Shown: in pieces, positions 51,827-64,000 of the stretch
How positions within the stretch are numbered: the first letter of the stretch is position 1
Layout of the letters: each line of letters begins with the position of its first letter
Notes under the pieces: model-generated
Told to the model about the DNA's origin: nothing
Database searches by the model: none
The model's input: the letters and a program-made list of their open reading frames with translations, nothing else
Assembly: GCA_026770705.1 (NCBI GenBank)
Contig: JANJGN010000004.1
Coordinates: forward strand, 171,864,001 to 171,928,000
Length of the DNA: 64,000 nucleotides
From: Isurus oxyrinchus
Taxonomy: Eukaryota
Direction of reading: 5' to 3'
Program-made: the position numbers and the translations under genes

Positions 51827-51999
51827 AGCTTGAGCTGACCATGAGTGGATTATGAGTGGCAGGAAACTGTCACCGTAGACTCAAAAGAAGAGTTCCTGGC
51901 AATAAGTAATGTACACAGGCAGCAGTCAGGAGGCAGGGAAGTCCCCCCAGAGGGGGCACATGGTGGGCTCTCAAGGTATCTAATGGCTAAACTATGGCA

Positions 52000-52760
52000 G
52001 AAAGAATATGGGGAAGAATATAGTCAACCACTTCAGATCCATGATTAGAAAGTTTTCCTTCTGGTGAGGGACTAGGAGCTGTGGAGGAGCAAAGGGACTT
52101 GGATGTCATTGTGCAGAAATCATTAACTGCTAATGACAGATAAAGTGAAGTAATTAAAGAGGCTAATAGGGTGTTGGCTTTTTTTATCAAGAGAGCGGGT
52201 GTATATTAGTGTGGAAACTATGCTTTGATTGTACATGGCATTGGTCAGATTGGAATACTTCCATTTTTGGGCACCAACCTCATGTAGGGTATATGGACTT
52301 TAGAAGAGATACAGTGCAGAATTATCAGAATTATACCAGGGATTAAAGTGGTAACTTATAGCACATGTTGCATAAACTTGATTTGCATTCTTTTGAGTTT
52401 TGAAGTTTGTGGGATGATTTAATTGAAATATTTTGAAAGAGAAAGGAATTCGATAGGATAGATTCAGAGAAACTATTTCCTGTGATGGGGCATAATTTTA
52501 AAATTAGCTATAGATCATTTAAGAGTGAAATCAGGAAGTACTCCTTCACACAAAAAGAAAGTACATGTCTGGAACATTCTTCAAAAGGTGGAGTCAATCT
52601 GCATCAATCGGAGTTTTCACAAATGAGAAGCGTAGGACACTAAGGGGTATGGAGCAAATGTGATTTAATGGAGTTGAGGTACAGATCAGCCTTGATCCAA
52701 ATGAATTGCTAAATAGGCTTGAGGGGCTGAAAGGCCTCTTTCAGTTGCTATCTTCCTATT
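52000..52760 (+). mobile_element. Old CR1 3' fragment
   Basis: Degenerate EQRDLDVIV..SL and VIKEANRVLAF motifs plus the 3' UTR. Confidence 0.7.
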
Positions 52761-53060
52761 CTGTTTTCTGGAGTTCGGAGAAGAGCTCCTGATCCTGCTG
52801 GCATACAATCAAATCAAAAAGTTATTGAAGTGACCTGCTACCTGATTAGCCTGGTGCCCAGGCCTCCTTTAATAATTGCAATTGGGCCACAATGCTGTCA
52901 CCAGAGCTGTATCTGAATAGTTAAAGCAGCACCCTGCTGCCTCCTTCTGGTGCGCCCCTGTAAAAAAACTGCAGGTTAAAATAGTAACCTGGTGACAGGG
53001 AATAAGTCCTTGTACTGATTTTAACTGCCTTGTGCACAGGAAGGGTTACAAAAAAAGATA

Positions 53061-53293
53061 AAAACAAAAAACTGCGGATGCTGGAAATCCAAATCAAAAA
53101 CAGAATTACCTGGAAAAACTCAGCAGGTCTGGCAGCATCAGCGGAGAAGAAAAGAGTTGACGTTTCAAGTCCTCATGACCCTTCAACAGAATCAGTTCTG
53201 TTGAAGGGTCATGAGGACTTGAAATGTCACTCTTTTCTTCTCCGCCGATGCTGCCAGACTTGCTGAGTTTTTCCAGGTAATTCTGTTTATGTT
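53061..53293. mobile_element. Young Penelope-like palindromic mini-element with 15 bp TSD
   Basis: Near-perfect inverted arms centred at about 53192; TTACAAAAAAAGATA at 53046-53060 and 53294-53308. Confidence 0.88.
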
Positions 53294-53599
53294 TTACAAA
53301 AAAAGATACCTATTGCGCTTGATCAGTTGAGAATATTGCTTTACTTTCACAGCAACAGATTTTCACCATTGCTCATCGTTGCATTATTCTGAGTTGAGGA
53401 AAATTTGGGTGAATAAGATGAAAAGTGGCACATAGAAATTTGTAAATAGGAAGTGTGACAGACACTGAAACATGGCTGAGTGCCAGATATACCATTTTAT
53501 TACATGCACTGCTGATACATAGATGTTAAAGATGTTAAAACGAGCAGTTTCTGAAACTATGTGATCATTACTATTTGTTTTGCAGAAATCCCTTAAATG

Positions 53600-53760
53600 G
53601 ATCAAAGATGGAGAATGCTGGAGCCTCTGTGGAAAGAGAAAGAGAATTATCATTTTGGGTCAATGACCCTTTTTCACTCTCCACAGATGTTCCCTGACCT
53701 GCTGAGCATATCCAGCATTTTCTGCTTTGATTTCAGATTTCCAGCATCTGTGTTATTTTA
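53600..53760. mobile_element. Older Penelope-like palindrome
   Basis: Degenerate inverted arms of the same family. Confidence 0.6.
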
Positions 53761-53866
53761 CATTTGCATCTAAATGGACCTTAGGTTTAATTTCAATGCA
53801 TCTTTATTCTTGGATTTTTATCACTTACAAAAAAAAAATTGTAAAATGTGATGGGGCTGAGGTATT

Positions 53867-54603
53867 GGGGTGGATTTAATGCAGCATGGGAAATTTAATT
53901 CACAATGGGAAACGTGGCGGTCAGGCCTATTTAATCATGGAAGAGGCCCCATGTCAGTCTCCCAGCAGTGGAAAAACCTCCCTCCAATTTCGAGGGGCTG
54001 ATGCAGGATTCCTGGCCACCGGTGGTGGGATTTCAATTAGGTGCATTAATGAGCCAATTGACATCCACTATCCCTGAGCTCAACACAATCTATTGGTGGC
54101 TCAGGAGTTAAATGGGGATCACATGGCTTTCCTGTACCCTTGGAAGGCCGGCTAGTGGTTTCCTGTGATGGGAGGTGGTTGTTGGGGGGGATTGGTCCTT
54201 GGAATCTGTACCTAATCGAGCACCCAGCATTGGTTAGGGGGGTGGCTGCTGAAAGCCACTCTCTGACCTTACCTTTTACCCCCTGCCCCTATCCTGTGAC
54301 CACCCCCCCCCCCCACCCCCACACAGCTCGCAGTCCCCATCCCACCATCACTCACCTTTGTCTGGCATCACATGACAATCCTGGGCCTCTGATGGGTGCA
54401 TTGCTACCAGCTGCCACAACTGGTTTCATTGAGGTTGGCTGCCAGCTCTTGGCAGGTGAGACCTCCACAACAGGGGGCCTGAATCATGGGGAAGGCCCAC
54501 CAGTGGCCACTTAAGTGCCTCCTCTACGAAACTGACAACGGTTCCCTGCTGGTTCTCTGACCAGTGAAGAGATCCTCCCCATCAGCCCAACAGAATCCCA
54601 GCC
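53867..54603. mobile_element. Harbinger-like MITE
   Basis: Ends GGGGTGGATTTA / AGAATCCCAGCC; ATT on both flanks. Confidence 0.6.
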
Positions 54604-56304
54604 ATTGTGCAAGTTTACACTACATTCAATGTTGAAATAACCTCATTTGACAGGCCTCACAGAATACTGTAATTATTAAAGGTTAATGATACAGTCTCAA
54701 AGTAAATTGGTCATACATTTCAAACTCCTCCTTAGCAACTGTTTTAAATTCAGGAAATTAGAGTTGCAATTTCACGCAGTTACATTTTCTTTTTTATGGC
54801 TTTGAATAATACATATCTTTAAAATGTTCATAGTCCAGTGGCTCTAGCTATACCATCAACTGAATTATGATCCAAACAGTGCAGCTCAAATTTTAGCTTC
54901 AATTGCCATTATCATGTTCCAGTATATTATAAACTTTCAGTCAATGTTTTATATTTTTCAATCCACAAAAGGCTACAAATAGATGGTCACCTGAGGATCA
55001 CCTGATGTCTCTTGAAGGTTGAAACACTCCCCTGTCTCAAGAGGGAACAATAGGGATTTTCCAGGCTGATGTTGACTCAATGCCTTTTCCCGAAACTAAT
55101 TCAAAAGGGTCATTTCAAATTGTTTGGATCATTCAGCTACAAAGACCCTTGGTGTCTCAAACTCTCAAGGTGTGAAAGTCATCAAACAGAATGTAAAATT
55201 GACCTGGATACCCACCTTATTTGGAAAAGGACTTTGGACTTGCAACAGGTCACATGGTAGGATAGCCATGTTTGTTAATTGCTTTTAAAACAGCAAGAAG
55301 CTGTTCTGGGAGAGAAATCCATTAGACAACCACCGAACCAGCTGCATGTCAACTAAACAGCCAAGGTAATAAACAACCATGAAAGTGGGAGAAGGTCTCT
55401 CTCTGACCTGTTCCAATTTGAAGATCACGTGAGAACCAACTTCCTGGAAAGCTGACTACAAGACTCTTTGCAGGTTGCTGAAAATCCTCTGCTTTACAAG
55501 ACCTTCACTTCAGCCAAAGCATCAACTCATCTAAGAAACTACAGGCCGGCTGCAAAAGAGAGACTAAGACAATCAGGAATTATAATTTCATTGCTTTTTT
55601 TCCCTCAACTGCATCTAAATCTGTGTGTGAGTGATAGTATAGGTGAGTCAAGTGAGTGAAACATCATGTCCTAAACCTCCGTGCAACTGTGTGATAACAA
55701 ATAACCTTCCTTATTTTTAAATTCACAAAAAGCTTCCTATTAATTCGGTGAAAGCCCATCTGGCAAAGGAAGAATATGGAGTCAGTCTGTCTCAATGTAG
55801 GTTTATTCACAAAACTGAGTATAACATATGTGCAGCCCACTTTTCCCTTCCACAAAGTTCCCCCCTCCACAGGTGGAAATTCGTTCTTATATATGTGCCC
55901 TAACCTTTTTCCAAGTAAGAGCAGTATCGACTGCTCTTATTACAACTAGAGCATGCATTCTATTTTCACATAATTTGCAACAATAACACTTGCGGCTGGA
56001 ATGATTTAGATTGGGACAATGACTCCGAAGATAAGAAAACACACGATCCTCACACACAAAACACAATGACCATGGGCAGTAAGAAAAGACCTACCATCTG
56101 TCCGTGACACCATCTTTAGAGGAATATTTCAATTTGCTATCCAAACCACCAGTTCAATACTAGAAGAATAAAAGATTGGCTAGATTAATCCCAATGCTCT
56201 AGCAAGATAAAATAAGAGGTAATGAGGTGAGCAATGGGCATAATAGAGGGTTATCATTCTGTGAGCATTAATTTGATGTCCTGAGGTTGTGAAAGAGCTA
56301 CAGA

Positions 56305-56650
56305 ATGCACTGCAAAACTGGCCAAGACTTCTTCAGCAGCAACTGCCAAAACCACAACCTCTACCACTTGGAAGAACAAAGGCAACAGGTGCTTGGGAAC
56401 ACCACCATCTGAAAATTCCCTTCCAAGTCACACATTATCCTGACATGGAAATATATCACCGTTCCTACATTGTCACTTGGTCAAAATCCTGAACTCCTTT
56501 CCTAACAGCACTGTGGGAGTATCTATACAACACAGGGACTGCAGCAGTACAAAAGATGGCTCACCACCACCTTCTCAAGGGCAATTAGGGGTGGGCAATA
56601 AATGCTGGCCTTTCCACTGATGCTCACATCTCATGAAGAAGTAAAAACAA
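56305..56650 (+). mobile_element. Family B LINE 3' end
   Basis: Matches 4415-4765; contains CACCTTCTCAAGGGCAATTAGGG. Confidence 0.8.
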
Positions 56651-57047
56651 AGCAAATTTTGTTTTTCTTTTAATTCTGTCGATAATTATGTACCAGTTTG
56701 GCATATTTAGCAATTGACCCTTAAGATTGGAACTTTCCTCAGATTTATATAAGTAATCAACCAACGACAGTTATCCCAGGTTATGGTTTCCCACTTTCAG
56801 CTTGAGATAATCAGGAAAACTTACTTCTTGAGGAATAGAAACTACCCATAATAACATAAGAAATAGCAGCAGGGCCCATATGGCCCATCAAAACTGTTCC
56901 GCCGTTCAATAAGATAAGAGTACATCCTCAACTCCACTTTACCACCCAATTCCCATATTCTTTGATTTCCTTAACCCCCTTATGCCTATAAATGAAACAG
57001 TTTATTGCATACTGGCAGTAACAAGGTACTTAGGGTTCAAACTCAAA

Positions 57048-58251
57048 GGCTGGGATTTTCCATGCCCACCAGTATCAGGTGTGTACAGTAGTGTGAGTGG
57101 ACAATATGGCGAGAAGACCAAAAAAAAACAGTTTGCAATCATCTCCTCCGCCCACCGATGGTGGGCCATGGTCTTTGCCATCAGACATTCGGATCCTCAT
57201 TGTAAAACATCAGCACATCATTATAAGGCTAGCCCGCCAGGCTTATACCCCCTCCCCACTGGATTGTCTACCCACATCGGTGGGAAAACACACCGACGTG
57301 TTTCACAGCATATATAAGGCGCGTACTTCGCTCAGGACTTCAATGCTTGTTTGCCTACCTTGCTTCAATCAGCACTCGCAGTCATCAGCGGCAGGCTTCA
57401 CAGACAGCACCACATCACATTTGGGGTAGGGGAGTCACAGTTTGGTCTCTGTCTACCAGATCAGCCATCTGTGGATGGCCTTTCAAAGGCTGCAGGGCTC
57501 GGTCTTTCTTGGAGAAGGGGGAGAAGTGGCCTCAGGCAAGGGAAGGGGCTGCAGTACGAGAGCTGTACTGGGGAAGGAGGGTAACTCAGGGTGTGTGTAG
57601 GGCCAAATGTTGATCTGTGCAAGTGGCCTCAAGATGGTGAGGGCTGGGCTAGCAGTCTCCAGAGGAGATGAGGCCAGATGGGCATGTGAGTGTGCGATGT
57701 GTGTGAAAATGGGTGATGTCTCTTAAGCTGGCAGTGAGTGAGATGCCAGTGAATGGGTGATGGGCTTGAGTGTGTGAGTTTAGAGTGATGAGATGGTTGC
57801 CATAACCTAGCTGCAAGGATGAGATCATTCATCCTCTATCTGCATTGGATGGCCAACCTCTCCTTTGCAACATTGGTACTGATCATCACTGACATCGCCT
57901 ACCAAGTCGTAGTGGCAATATTGCTTCCTCTCCTGTGGCCAGAGCGGGGGTACAAGACATCACAGCAGGCCTCCACGGTGTCCAAAAAGGCACTCGAGGG
58001 CTGTAGTCTTCTTGCCTTTTGGGGCCATGACTTCTTTGCTGCAGTCCTGAGCTGGAAGCACTGAGCGCGGCTGGACTTTAAGTGTGGTGTCTGGCACAAT
58101 GAAGCAGCGAGGTGATGGCGTAGCGGGCGAATGAGAGCCTGCCCACCATGGAAACGGCGTGATTCCCGGGAATGCATAAATAATGCGGCGGGTTTGGGGA
58201 ACCTGCCATTGCAGCCGGCGCATAACACCGCACTTGGTGCAAATCTGGGAC
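57048..58251 (-). mobile_element. Harbinger deletion derivative carrying a Myb/SANT-like remnant
   Basis: TIR-like ends with AAA on both flanks; coding remnant at 57807-58028. Confidence 0.75.
57807..58028 (-). pseudogene. Myb/SANT-like (trihelix) DNA-binding protein of a Harbinger element, disrupted
   Basis: MAPKGKKT..LE.L/LDTVEACCDVLYP...W*AMSVMISTN....RLAIQCR*RMNDLILAA resembles the W..VA..VS...R...QC.KR.NDL motif of NAIF1-like domains. Confidence 0.75.
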
Positions 58252-58439
58252 AAAAGTGATTTTAATTATTATTAGTAAACTAATTAATAAATGGCAAAAG
58301 AATATACTTCAATTCCCCAGTGAAATTCAAGTAATGGGCACTGAAACATCCGCATGGAGATAAGGCAAAGAGTTAACCAAACATCCCAAGAAGACACGAA
58401 TCTGAGCAATACAAACATAAGGGAAATAACCTGAAATGG

Positions 58440-58930
58440 GTAGTTCTTTTAAAGGTGCCATTTATATGGGTCTAAAAAGCAAGTTCAAAGGTTGGGTTTG
58501 TTGTGGTAGCTTTGACAAACGAACCACAGGAGGCTCACAGAGCTACCACAACAGGTTCAAGCACGAAAGCCAAATGTGGAAAAGGCTGAAAAAAATCTGG
58601 GCTTCTCATTTAGTATTGTGAAGCTGAGGGAGAACTCAACAAAGAGATCATCAAATAAAAAATCTTCTCATACATTTCATCCAGAGTATTTATCCAACAT
58701 TAATGACTAAATTTCGACCATTGCCAAGTTGTCACACAAGAACCTGTCATGGTGTGTGAAGAAAGTTGACAGGGTGAAGGTGGTGGATCCCAAAACTGGA
58801 CAAGAGGAAAGAGTGAAAACATCCAGCGTTGCAGTGAACTTCTAGGAACCACAACAGAACCAGGAAAACCACCCGGAATTTTAGTGTCTTTGATAAAGTA
58901 ACCACAGAAAAGTTGAGGACATAGGAGAAA
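58440..58930 (+). mobile_element. Possible very old RTE LINE remnant
   Basis: MWKRLKKIWASH and SWCVKKVDRVKV resemble RTE post-RT motifs (..L.KIW.S, ESWT.KK.D). Confidence 0.4.
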
Positions 58931-59687
58931 ACGCAAAACATATGAACAGATTCACATGATTCACATGAACAGATACATCAATTACAGAGATCAAGAGTTT
59001 GCTGCAAGATCGCACAAGCTAAGCAAATTCAAGACAGTGAATTCATCAAGGTTTCTGACAGCTGAAACCTTTATACAGTCACGTGATGGTATTACATTTT
59101 TAGGGCACAATGTGCAAGCTGCCTGGGCAGTTAGACAAGCAGGTTGGCTGTATAGTCAATCTGTTAATTATCCTGGGCTGCAACCAGCTGCCCTATTCCT
59201 TGCAGCTGAAGGATGGCAGTCTGTCTGAGGTCTTTGGGGCCCTGTGATGAGTGGTACAGCAGGACCATAAGCTTCAATGAAAACAGGGACAATGATAGCA
59301 ACTGAGACTTCTATAGCACCCTTTATATGTGGAGAAATGTCTCAAAGAGATTAACACTTGATGAAGAAATCAGAGGAGTCAGTGTATCTCATGTCCTGTT
59401 TCGGTCAAAAATTAATATTGTGGAGCATGCTTTTCACAGAATTATACATCTGGTGGCTGTTCAAGTATTTCATCAATCTGATAATGAGATTAACTATTGC
59501 TTATTTTTTAAAAATAAGCAGTACAGTGCAAGCCTTTTTCTCGTACATAAAGGCAATTCTCATTACTTCTTCTGCCATTACTAAATCTGTTCCTTAAAAT
59601 TTCCATTTCAGTTGTACAACGATATGGAGTGCACTGCACTTTTTAGAACATAGGAGCTGGGGAAAATAATTCTGTTCCACAATTCAA

Positions 59688-60025
59688 TTTTTTTTTTACA
59701 TTTGTTCATGGGATGCAGGTGAGGCCAGCATTTATTGCCCTCATTCAGAGGGCATTTAAGAGTCAACCACATTGCTGTGGGTCTAGAGTCACTGTGGGCC
59801 TGGAGACACATGTAGACCAGACCAGGTAAGGGCAGCAGATCCCCTTCCCTGAAGGACATTAGTGAACCAGATGAGTTTTTATGACAATTGGCAATGGTTT
59901 TGTATCAGACTTATAATTCCAGATTTTTTTTGGATTCAAATTTCACGATCTGCTGTGGTGGGATTCGAACCTGAGCATTACTCTACTATACTAGTCCAGT
60001 GACAATACCACTATGCCACCACCTC
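59688..60025 (-). mobile_element. tRNA-derived SINE with family B tail
   Basis: Reverse A box (plus strand CCACTATGCCA), B box (GGATTCGAACC), body and tail. Confidence 0.85.
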
Positions 60026-60086
60026 CATTTTTAATTCAATAATGGCTGATCCACACTTAAATTCCATTTATCTGCCTTTTTTCCAC

Positions 60087-60800
60087 ATAGAACCATAGAG
60101 ACATAGAAAAGTTACAGCACAGAAAGAGGCCAATCAGCTCATTGGGTCTGTGACAGCCGAAAAAGAAAAACATTAAAATCTAGCTGCCCATTCTAATCCC
60201 ACCTTCCAGTAGCTGGTCTGTAGTCTTGCAGGTTACAGCACTTTAGGTGCAGATCCAGGTATTTTTAAAAAATTGGTTGAGGTTCTTCACCACCAAAACA
60301 GGCAGCAAATTTCAAACACCCACCACCCTCTGGGTGAAGAAGCAGAAGCTTTTCCTCAAGTCCCCTTTAATCCTCTTACCAATCACTTTAAATCTGTGCC
60401 CCCTGTCTACCCTTTCTAGGCCCCTAATAATCTTGTACCGTTCAATCAGGTCACCCCTCAGTCCTCCTCAGTTCCAAGGAAAACAACCCAGCCTCTCCAA
60501 TTTTCCCTCATAGCTGCAATTTTCAGGCCCTGGCAACATTCTTGTAAATCTCTTCTGTACTCACTCCAGAGCAACTATGTCCTTCCTGTGATGTGGTGGC
60601 CAGAAATATACACAAAATTTCAGTTGCAGCCTAACCAGTGTTTTATACAGTTCCATCATTACATCTCTGCTTTTGTATTCTATACCTCGTCTAATAAAGG
60701 AAAGCCTTCCATATGCTTTCTTTACCACCTTATCCACCTGTCCTGCCACTTCAGGGACCTGTGGACATGTACTCCAAGGTCTCTCACTTCCTCTACCCCT
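60087..60800 (-). mobile_element. CR1 3' fragment
   Basis: QVDKVVKKAYG..FIRRGIEYKSRDVMMELYKTLVR. Confidence 0.85.
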
Positions 60801-61371
60801 CCACCTCCTGATACTCTTACCTACCAAAAATCTATCAATCTCAGTCTTTCAAATTCCAGTTCTCCTGGATCCCACGCCCTTTTGGAAGAGTTTTCCTCAA
60901 AACTGAATCTCCTTCATATTTTTGTGATGTCATTAAATGTTGATGAAAAAATTCAAACTAAAATGTTAAACGGTCTTCTTTCAGAAGATGATGGCTTGTA
61001 TACTTAAAAGTAATTTCTAAATTTATTAAATAAGCTGTATTGTCCTGTTCCAATTAACCTATTTAAATTGAGAAAAAACAAATATAATTTGCCTGAAGCC
61101 GGATTCCAGGTGTGGCCATTTCTCCCAATGTGAAGATCAGGAAAATGTGGAAGTAATCTTTTAAAAATGAAAATCTTTTGCATTGCCGTTGGATTTCTGA
61201 GGCTCCCCCAGGGAGGCAGAGTCAGCTCTGCGCCTACAGCAAGCTCTTCACGGAGATGGAAGTGAATTGGGAGGGGTGCTGCAGGCCTTTTGAACTTGCA
61301 GCCAACATTCAGAATGCCCCAGTGAGGGGTGCCCTATGAAACATGCCGTGAATGGCCAGCCTTTTTATATA

Positions 61372-61760
61372 TACTTTCATAGGATGTGGGCAGGGCCATG
61401 TCCCCATCCTTAATTGCCCATGAACTGAATGGCTTGCTGGGCCATTTCAGAGGGCAGTCGACCAGATTGCTGTAAGACTGGAGTCACATGTAGACCAGAC
61501 AGGGTAAGGATGGCAGATTTCCTTCCCTATAGGGCATTAATGAACTAGATGTGCTTTTACAACAGCTGATGATAGTTTTCATGGGCACCATTACCGAGAC
61601 TAACTTAAAGTTCCAGATTTATGAATTGAATTTAAATTCCACCAGCTGCCGTGGTGGGAATTGGATCTATGTCCCCAGAGCATTAGGCTGGGGATATAAT
61701 TACTAGGGCTATTGCTGGGCTGGATTACTTGCCCAGTGATATTTCGACTAAGCCACTATC
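61372..61760 (-). mobile_element. tRNA-derived SINE with family B tail
   Basis: Same body and tail as 42136-42503. Confidence 0.8.
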
Positions 61761-62570
61761 TCCCCTCCCCTTTCCACCACCTTTTTGCATATGCACTGAC
61801 CAGAGGGTTGGCATGACTTTCTGGAATACCTGGAGATGGGAGGATAAGTCCTTGTTTCTCCTAGGCACCCTACGACCACTCCCCTCCACTTACCTCCTCT
61901 CCGTATGCTTCCAGGTAGTCACAGCCTTCAGCTGATTGACCTCTCAATTTTAGGCAGACAATCTCCCGAACTGCACGTTCATTCCCTGGCCCTCCTGCCA
62001 GTGTTATGCCCTGTAATGATGGTGATGAACTGGGAGCCCACACCAGAGAGTATCAACACTAAGCTGCCTGGACTTTGGGTGTGCAAATCCTCAGCCTTCC
62101 TTTTTCCACTGGGAATGTGCCCCATTTACATAATCACTCTTCATAATCCAAACCAATCCCCCTCCGTGCCATCAATCATTCTGGTTGTTCTCTTCTGTAT
62201 TATCTTAACAACTGCATTATCCTTTTTGTACTGTGGAGACCACAATTGGACACAGTTATTATATAACTTTTCTTATCACCTCCTTTCTGACAATTACCAT
62301 GCCTTTATAGCCAAAGCCTTGCATCATTTAAGCACCACTTCCTGATTCATCTCAACTTCCTGAAGATATCCAGAGAGAGAAGCCTTTAAGCTTATTTATT
62401 CATTGTTTTTATGTGTTCTCTTGTGATTCCATCCACGCATTACACTCTGAATGCCACCATTGCCAGAGAACACATTTTATTGATAGATGGTCGATTGTGC
62501 ATTTTTCTTAAAAAATTCCTTTCAACAATAATCTTGGGAGGAGAATTGCAAATAATGTAATGCAATCGTA

Positions 62571-62698
62571 GGCTGGGAATTTCCTTAGACTGTCACCACT
62601 CCATTGCTGTGATCTCATCGGAAGTGTAGGAAGGCACGTCGCAGTCCCGGTGAAGTTATGGTATCAGAGTGGGGACAGGTCCCAGTAAATTCCCAGGC
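62571..62698. mobile_element. 128 bp Harbinger-like MITE
   Basis: TIRs GGCTGGGAATTT / AAATTCCCAGGC (11 of 12 match); flanks GTA / ATA. Confidence 0.7.
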
Positions 62699-63494
62699 AT
62701 AGTTTTAAATATTTCACACGTTGCTCACACTAGCTAAGATAGATTGTGAATTGCTTTATAGTTAATGCTAATGAATTCCTGCAGTGCTATGGTATTCCAC
62801 ATTTTAAAAAAATCCAAATCTGACATACTATGAGTGTAACAGAGGGCACACTGTACTGAACAGTGTCCTTGGCTTCCAGATGGTCCATTCATCTGTGAAG
62901 AGCAGAAAACTATAAATCAGGAGTGCATGGTGCCATCTTCATAGCCACATCAGTAAATCAGAAATTATGTTTATTCACAACAACTTGATTTTACCAAATA
63001 AGGAATAATAGATGCATAACTATGTGTCTTGTATCATATTAATTGTTCCCTAGATTACAATTTAGATGGAAAAACATTCATTTGGGGGAAAAAAGTGCTC
63101 AGCAGGGGAATCTCTGACCTCAGCTTCTTCTACATCCTGCAAGCTCCACCGGTTGAATAATTCTACTAGCTTTCCTTCTCACTCTCTAGTTGCTCCTGCT
63201 CCTAGAATCTTCTTCCATTTACACTCCTGGCTTGGTGTTTGTATTGCAATTTTGCTCAGTATTCTTTGACACAACTTTTAACACACTTTGCACCAGGTTT
63301 TACACTACTCGAGATCATAGTTGAACATGAAGCAGTCTGCTCACAAATCACCCTCCAAATGATTGAGGGGTTCATTTCAGTGTCAATTATTCAGATATCC
63401 CGGCTATAATTTTATTCACCAGCAGAGCCGCCTCCCAGGCTCCTTCGAATTTTTCTGACATGTCTGGCATTGATTTTCTAGTCCCATCACTTAC

Positions 63495-63572
63495 CAGTGT
63501 TAAGTTGCTTTCTACCTGGTGTGCTCGCATACCTAAGTTTGGATACTTTACTGTGGCTGTGACTTAATGGAC
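63495..63572 (-). CDS. Candidate internal coding exon (78 bp, phase 1/1) of an unidentified host gene
   Basis: Acceptor TTTATTTCAG|G and donor CTG|GTAAGT. Only one frame is open (PLSHSHSKVSKLRYASTPGRKQLNT), and it lies in repeat-free DNA. Confidence 0.4.
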
Positions 63573-64000
63573 CTGAAATAAATGGACTCTGCAATAAATG
63601 CACACAATTGTCACTACAGATCCATCTGAAGTGTCATCTATGTTGTAGCATGCACATGGGCCGCTTGGTGTTTCCAAACATTTTTAAACAAGTTTTTGTG
63701 TCTCTTCTGAGACAGTAGTGATTAGGGGTATCCATACTGACATGCAAATTCATTGAGATTGAGGTTTCCTGTGGGAATTAATTTTCCAATAAATAATTAA
63801 TTAATACACAATTAGTATGTTCAAGTTACATGGTGATACTTTATTTGGGAGGTTTAATTAAAAGTAAGATCCTTTTTAAAGCATCCATGACCTTATTATT
63901 GAGCTCTGCAGTCAGTAGCAGTATTCTGTAAGCAGGGCTATTTTCCAAAAAACACTGTGAGAAGTAAAAGGTGCGATTCTGACATTGTCAAGTCACGGTT

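Noticed and set aside
58621-58890. Processed pseudogene of a host gene
   Set aside because: No recognisable host protein, polyA or TSD; the motifs fit an RTE remnant better.
1-64000. CRISPR array, prokaryotic operon, defence system or viral genes
   Set aside because: No regularly spaced repeats, no dense coding and no ORFs beyond TE fragments; the content is typical of vertebrate non-coding DNA.

Overview
This is eukaryotic, repeat-rich, almost entirely non-coding DNA. The repeat content suggests a cartilaginous fish (shark), which is an inference. No intact host gene, rRNA, true tRNA gene or CRISPR array is visible, and nearly every ORF in the track is a decayed transposon fragment or chance. 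Repeat families seen: (1) many CR1-type LINE fragments, including one young 1.6 kb RT copy; (2) a second APE/RT LINE family ('family B') and a tRNA-derived SINE sharing its 3' tail; (3) DeuSINE-type SINEs; (4) two Penelope-like families, mostly palindromic mini-insertions with TSDs and minimal hammerhead-ribozyme motifs, plus one GIY-YIG remnant; (5) PIF/Harbinger-like elements with ~12 bp TIRs and 3 bp TSDs, one with a Myb/SANT remnant; (6) a hAT MITE, RTE remnants and LTR-like pieces. The most notable observations are a ~3.3 kb LINE whose 5' end is a tRNA-derived Pol III head joined directly to an APE-RT frame (the local SINE looks like its internal-deletion derivative), a ~308 bp templated insertion copied from an inverted paralog ~12.5 kb away, and the ribozyme-bearing palindromic retro-insertions. 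There is one candidate 78 bp host exon on the minus strand. Coordinates were read by eye, and most element boundaries are approximate.
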